DNA of 63,853 nt, counting the filler, from Caldilineae bacterium (GTDB taxonomy: Bacteria > Chloroflexota > Anaerolineae > DTLA01), in assembly GCA_037446815.1 (NCBI GenBank). It is 4 parts of 4 records of this genome, joined end to end, with 100 filler letters (N's around TTAATTAATTAA, not from the genome) between each part and the next. Parts side by side here need not be neighbours in the genome. Positions count along the whole stretch, not along the records: positions 55,527 to 63,853 come from JBBIHX010000131.1; 3 more parts are not named here. One strand, given 5' to 3'. Below are positions 59,680-63,853 of this stretch, piece by piece (position 1 is the stretch's first letter; every line of letters starts with the position of its first letter). The position numbers and the translations under genes are program-made. The notes below the pieces were generated by a model that did no database searches, was not told where the DNA came from, and worked only from the letters and a program-made list of their open reading frames with translations.

Positions 59680-59992
59680 CCTCATTCGCGTTGGTTCGCG
59701 TTCATTCGCGGTTACCGTCCTGTCATTCTGAGCCGCGAAGCGGCGAAGAATCTCACGCCCTATCTGTGCAATCCGTGCCATCCGCGGATACAACCCTGGC
59801 GATGCTTCGCCTTCGGCTCAGCATGACAGATGGGAGCGCAACGTGCGACGCACCTCGCAGGTCCGTCGCACGTTCTCCATTCGCGTAGATTCGTGTTCAT
59901 TCGCGGTTACACGAACTGTCATTCTGAGCCGCGAAGCGGCGAAGAATCTCGTAAAGCAAATTGCCAATTTGCTTTACTTCGCCCAATCCGCG
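59680..59992. repeat. REP mosaic (ATTCGCG tandem motifs, families A and E, 27-bp palindrome)
   Basis: Family A 59722-59827 and 59918-59950; family E 59840-59874; palindrome 59951-59977. Confidence 0.85.
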
Positions 59993-60010
59993 CGAGCGCC
60001 GGGGCCGTCG

Positions 60011-60589
60011 TCATTCCAGGCCGCGGGTCAGGCTGGGAAATCGGTCCGCGATGCGCGCCAGCACCTCGCGGGCCTCATGTGGGGTCAACCCTGCCCCGCA
60101 CCGAACGGTGCTGCCCCCGTAGTCAAAGACGAGCCTGCCGCCCCATGGCCCGCCGCTCCCTTGCGACTCGTCGGCGAGGCGCAGGCGGTCCACGTAGGCC
60201 GCGGCATATCGCTTGGCGGGGCCGACGCCGAAAACCGCCCGGCGGATAGTCAGACCTTCGCCGTCAATCGCGATAATCTCCTTGCCTGCCAGGTTCCACA
60301 GCCAGGTCAGGAGGGCAAACCCGCCGCCGAACGTCCAGAGGGTTAGCCAGATGCCCATGAAGAGCATTCCGGCGCCCTCGCCTACGTCCGGCGGTTGCCC
60401 GCGCAACAGGGCCAGCAGCCCTCGCAGGAACAGGGCGCCGACGATGATCTCGCCCGCCGCCCAGCCCGTGAGCCAGAATCCGAGAAACAGGATGATAGGC
60501 CAGTTGCGACGCGCGGGAATCGTAACGCGCAACGTCGCGAAGTCGTCCTGAATCGTGTATCGCGAGGGGCCGGGCGCTACCTCTGCCAT
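60011..60589 (-). CDS. Hypothetical membrane protein (two TM helices plus C-terminal soluble domain)
   Basis: FLGFWLTGW, FMGIWLTLWT.GG, FDYG..TVR.G.GL...EA. Confidence 0.8.
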   Translation of the reverse strand: MAEVAPGPSRYTIQDDFATLRVTIPARRNWPIILFLGFWLTGWAAGEIIVGALFLRGLLALLRGQPPDVGEGAGMLFMGIWLTLWTFGGGFALLTWLWNLAGKEIIAIDGEGLTIRRAVFGVGPAKRYAAAYVDRLRLADESQGSGGPWGGRLVFDYGGSTVRCGAGLTPHEAREVLARIADRFPSLTRGLE

Positions 60590-60604
60590 GGCTATGGTCG
60601 TCCC

Positions 60605-61864
60605 CTATCGGTTGGCCAGTTCTTCGTCAATGAGGTCCTGGAACGCCTCAAAAGGCTGCGCGCCCGTGAGTTTGATGCCGTTGACGAAGAACGCGGGTGT
60701 CCCGCTCACGCCGTGCTGCTGTCCGTCGGCGAGGTCCTTCGCTACCTCATCGGCCATCGCGCCCGAATCCAGGCAGGCGTCAAACTGCGCCGTGTCCAGG
60801 CCCAGGTCGGCGGCGTACTGTTTCAACGACGGCACATCCAGCGCATCCTGGTGGGCGAAGAGCACATCGTGGTATTCCCAGAACTTGCCCTGCTGACCGG
60901 CGCATCCGGCGGCTTCGGCTGCCTTCTGCGCGTTGGGGTGGATGGACAGAAGCGGGAAATCGCGGAAGACGTATTTCACCTTCCCTGTCTTGATGTACGC
61001 CTCGTCAATCTTTGGGAACACTTCGCGCACATAGTAGCCGCAGTAGGGGCATTGGAACTCGCTGAACTCCACAATCGTTACCGGCGCGTCTGGCGAACCC
61101 TTCACGGGGTCATCGTCCAGGCTAACCTCGTACCGCCGGGGCGGGATGAAGGCGAGGCTGGTGCCGATGCCGCGGAAGATCGGCGCGTAGCGACCGGCCA
61201 GGTCCGCGTTCGTGGACAGGGTAACGACATACAGGTCAGCCTTGTTCAAGGCCAGATACTGGAATACCTGCAACTCCAGGGGATTCCCGTTTCTGTCCGT
61301 AACATTGGCGCGGAAACTGACTTCCAGGGCCTGCCCCCCGCCCGCCAAATCCGTTGTCTGGATGGCGACGGGCTGCTGGACGCTCTCGGTGTTCTGCAAC
61401 TGGTTCAGGACAAGCCCCTGAATCTGCTCCAGGGTCGCGCCAGGGCCCATGCGTTGCCGCTGGACGCTGGCATCGGTCGCGCCCCCCGACTTCAGCGCCT
61501 CGGATGTGGGGTCAAATCCGAAGAAGGATACGCCCGCGTTGATGAGCGCGACGGCTTCGCCCTGCACCAAGTCGGCCACATCGGGGTACTTCTGCTGCAC
61601 CGCGTTGAGGCTTTCCTGAAACTTCGCGGGGTTCATGTCCACATTGCCCCAGGTCGGCGGCAAGGCGATGGCGAAACGCTCATCGGGGACCTCGTACCGC
61701 GTCCAGCCCTCCGTGGAGGCGGGGGCGGATGTCGCCGTTGGCGCTGCGGTGGGTGCAGTCGTCGGTTGGGGCGTGGGTGTGGCGGTGGGCGTGGGTTTGG
61801 CCTGGCAGTTGGCGAGCAGGACGAGGGCAAGGGCCAGGGTCATCAGGGCAAGTCGCTTGTTCAC
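60605..61864 (-). CDS. Lipoprotein with PsbP/DcrB-like domain fused to a DsbA-family thioredoxin
   Basis: LANC lipobox, TPT linker, F.IALP..W; C-terminal VEFSEFQCPYC, RDFPL and GTPAFF. Confidence 0.85.
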   Translation of the reverse strand: MNKRLALMTLALALVLLANCQAKPTPTATPTPQPTTAPTAAPTATSAPASTEGWTRYEVPDERFAIALPPTWGNVDMNPAKFQESLNAVQQKYPDVADLVQGEAVALINAGVSFFGFDPTSEALKSGGATDASVQRQRMGPGATLEQIQGLVLNQLQNTESVQQPVAIQTTDLAGGGQALEVSFRANVTDRNGNPLELQVFQYLALNKADLYVVTLSTNADLAGRYAPIFRGIGTSLAFIPPRRYEVSLDDDPVKGSPDAPVTIVEFSEFQCPYCGYYVREVFPKIDEAYIKTGKVKYVFRDFPLLSIHPNAQKAAEAAGCAGQQGKFWEYHDVLFAHQDALDVPSLKQYAADLGLDTAQFDACLDSGAMADEVAKDLADGQQHGVSGTPAFFVNGIKLTGAQPFEAFQDLIDEELANR

Positions 61865-61918
61865 GGATGCAAGTCCTTTCTGGTCGGTGTAACGCGGGCA
61901 ATCTCCGCACGCAGGCGC

Positions 61919-61947
61919 ATCTTACCATTCGCGCGCGTCGGCGTCAA
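61919..61947 (-). promoter_or_regulatory. Sigma70 promoter
   Basis: Minus strand TTGACG-N17-TAAGAT with TG extension. Confidence 0.55.
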
Positions 61948-62031
61948 ACGCGCGGGAGAGAGAAATGGTGCGCTCTCCACCGCCCCTGCGGTGCAGGACG
62001 CACCGCGAGGGCCCACGCGCGACGAGGGACC

Positions 62032-62255
62032 ACCTCACCAATCCCCACCCAGCCCTCCCCTTTCCTCTCCGCTGGCGGAGGGGAAAGGGGAGGGTGTGGG
62101 AGGAGTTAGGTGAGGTTGAGAGCCCCATCCGCGGAGAACCTCGCTCGCCGAGATACTTCGCCTTCGGCTCAGCATGACAGACGGGGCCAACGTGCGACGC
62201 ACTTCCGAAGTGCGTCGCACGTTCCCCGTTCGCGTGGATTCGTGTTATTCGTGGA
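62032..62255. repeat. REP mosaic (family D, family A right half, family E, ATTCGTG motifs)
   Basis: 62152-62252 is collinear with 59801-59903. Confidence 0.8.
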
Positions 62256-62303
62256 CGAAGTCCTGGAGGCTGCCTTGCGCGCAGCGGGCAAGAGGGCTGC
62301 ATT

Positions 62304-62335
62304 CCCCGCAACCCGAACCGCCGCGCCGTGTTGTA
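62304..62335 (+). promoter_or_regulatory. Candidate ECF-type promoter shared with plsY
   Basis: CCCCGCAAC-N12-GCCGTGTTGTA. Confidence 0.6.
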
Positions 62336-62374
62336 TCCTGCGCAAGACCCCAAAACTCTAGTGGAGGAGGAAGG

Positions 62375-63268
62375 ATGAGCAAACTCAAGAACCTGTTGGG
62401 ACCCATGCGCGTGCCGTTCCTCGTATTGGCGCCGGCGTGCGTCATCGTCGGGCTGGGGACGGCCATCTACTCCCAGGGCGCCGTGAACCCCTGGCACGCC
62501 GTCCTGGCGTTCATCGGCGGGTTGGCCGCCCACATCAGCGTCAACGCCTTCAACGAGTACTTTGACTTCAAGAGCGGGGTGGATTCCCGCACGGTGCGCA
62601 CGCCCTTCAGCGGCGGGAGCGGCACCCTCCAGGCGCACCCTGAACTAGCCCCCCAGGCCCTGGCGACGGCCATCGTTGCGGCGGCCATCGTCGCAGTCAT
62701 CGGCGTGTACTTCCTGTTCGTGTGGGGCTGGGCCATCGTGCCGCTAGGCGTGCTGGGCCTGTTCGTGGTGGTGGCCTACACGCCCTGGTTCACGTATAGC
62801 CCTGTGTTCTGCCTCATCTCGCCTGGCCTCGGCTTCGGCACGCTGATGGTCATGGGCACGGATTTTGTCCTCACGGGGCGGTATTCGTGGGCGGCCTTTG
62901 TCGCGTCGCTCGTCCCGTTTTTCCTGGTCAACAACCTGCTGCTGCTCAATCAATTCCCTGACGTGGAGGCCGACCGAAGCGTGGGCCGCCGCCACTACCC
63001 CATCCTCATCGGACGGCGCAAGAGTAGCATCATCTACAACGCCTTCAACGCCGCGGCTTACCTGTCCATCATCGCGGGCGTCGTCCTGGGGTTGCTGCCC
63101 GCGTGGGCGCTGCTGGGCCTGCTCACCGTGCCCCTGGCCGTCCAGGCGGGGCTGGGCGCGTACCGCCACGCCGATGATTTGCCGAAATTGGGGCCGCACC
63201 TGGCTCAGAATGTGCTCATCAACATCCTGACGCCGGTCCTGCTTGCCATCGGGCTGCTCATCGCGTAG
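62375..63268 (+). CDS. UbiA-family prenyltransferase, MenA-like
   Basis: NEYFDFKSGVD, TPFSGGS, NQFPDVEAD...GR; about 8 TM segments. Confidence 0.88.
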   Translation: MSKLKNLLGPMRVPFLVLAPACVIVGLGTAIYSQGAVNPWHAVLAFIGGLAAHISVNAFNEYFDFKSGVDSRTVRTPFSGGSGTLQAHPELAPQALATAIVAAAIVAVIGVYFLFVWGWAIVPLGVLGLFVVVAYTPWFTYSPVFCLISPGLGFGTLMVMGTDFVLTGRYSWAAFVASLVPFFLVNNLLLLNQFPDVEADRSVGRRHYPILIGRRKSSIIYNAFNAAAYLSIIAGVVLGLLPAWALLGLLTVPLAVQAGLGAYRHADDLPKLGPHLAQNVLINILTPVLLAIGLLIA

Positions 63269-63304
63269 AATACGGCGCGAAGTCCTACACAACAGGAGGG
63301 CGCG

Positions 63305-63664
63305 ATGCCACATTTGAGGCTAGAGTATACCGCGAACGTGCCGCAGAAGGTGGATTTCCAGACGCTCTTCGCCGATCTGCAAGAGGCATTGGCCCGCGTG
63401 GGCGGCATCCCCATGGCCAACTTCAAGAGCCGCGCCTACCGCCTGGATACCTATCGCATCGCCGACGGCAGCGACGATGAGGCGTTCGTGCACCTGGACG
63501 TGCGCATGTTTGAGGGGCGGTCGGATGAACTGAAGCAGGCCATGCTCGCGGCGGTGATGGAGGTTCTGAAGGCCCACTACGCGCCGACGGGAGCGGGCCC
63601 CAACGTCCAAGTGTCGGTGGAGATTCAGGACATCCGGCGCGCCGCGTATCTCAAATCGCCGTAG
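63305..63664 (+). CDS. 5-carboxymethyl-2-hydroxymuconate isomerase-like tautomerase
   Basis: N-terminal catalytic Pro (MPH...EYTAN), FKSRA, AFVH and GRS.E.K. Confidence 0.88.
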   Translation: MPHLRLEYTANVPQKVDFQTLFADLQEALARVGGIPMANFKSRAYRLDTYRIADGSDDEAFVHLDVRMFEGRSDELKQAMLAAVMEVLKAHYAPTGAGPNVQVSVEIQDIRRAAYLKSP

Positions 63665-63775
63665 TTGTAGGGGCAGGTGCGACCTGCCCCACTGTCGGTG
63701 GAAATCCAGGACATTCGGCGCGCCGCGTACCTCAAGTCGCCGTAGTTGTAGGGGCAGGTCTCAGACCTGCCCCAC
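63612..63775 (+). repeat. Tandem duplication of the tautomerase 3' end plus family C REP
   Basis: 63612-63692 vs 63693-63775; five differences in the coding part. Confidence 0.9.
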
Positions 63776-63853
63776 ACAACCTGCCCCACACGCCCCACAC
63801 GTCTCAGACCTGTCCCTACGCGGTTGGTTTTTCCGCCACAATCAGCCGCACGA

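Noticed and set aside
59680..59992. Repeat clusters as a CRISPR array
   Set aside because: No regular repeat-spacer periodicity and no cas genes.
63612..63775. DGR template/variable repeat pair
   Set aside because: Differences are not adenine-specific and no reverse transcriptase is in the window.

Overview
GC-rich bacterial draft or metagenome-assembled sequence. Gene content and protein styles suggest Chloroflexota (Anaerolineae-like, possibly thermophilic); this is inference. Three N-TTAATTAATTAA-N linkers (18703-18802, 37141-37240, 55427-55526) split the window into four pieces whose adjacency is not established. Piece 1 holds two convergent operons that together encode a Thermotoga-type myo-inositol pathway (IolM/N/O/K, UxaE, ABC importer, LacI regulator) under near-identical promoter-operators, followed by conserved hypothetical genes. 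Piece 2 holds the tuf 3' end, the S10-spc-alpha ribosomal superoperon through truA-rplM-rpsI, and a UbiA-family phosphoribosyltransferase. Piece 3 holds a YtrA/GntR-SPFH-SurE-ABC envelope-stress-like cluster, an MFS transporter, two secreted proteins, rpsU with a long structured leader, ftsK, infA, a radical SAM/HhH plus AlkZ/YcaQ-like pair behind a candidate LexA box, and plsY. Piece 4 holds three M42 peptidases, a LysM protein, a DsbA-like lipoprotein, a MenA-like prenyltransferase and a tautomerase. Intergenic spaces carry mosaics of several REP-like palindrome families. I saw no rRNA, tRNA, CRISPR array or transposase. The best leads are the SOS-box radical SAM/glycosylase pair, the rpsU leader RNA, a multi-winged-helix/B3-like protein pair, a shared ECF-type promoter on two lipid genes, the extra enzymes in the inositol operons, and strong TCGA/AGCT/GTSAC avoidance.
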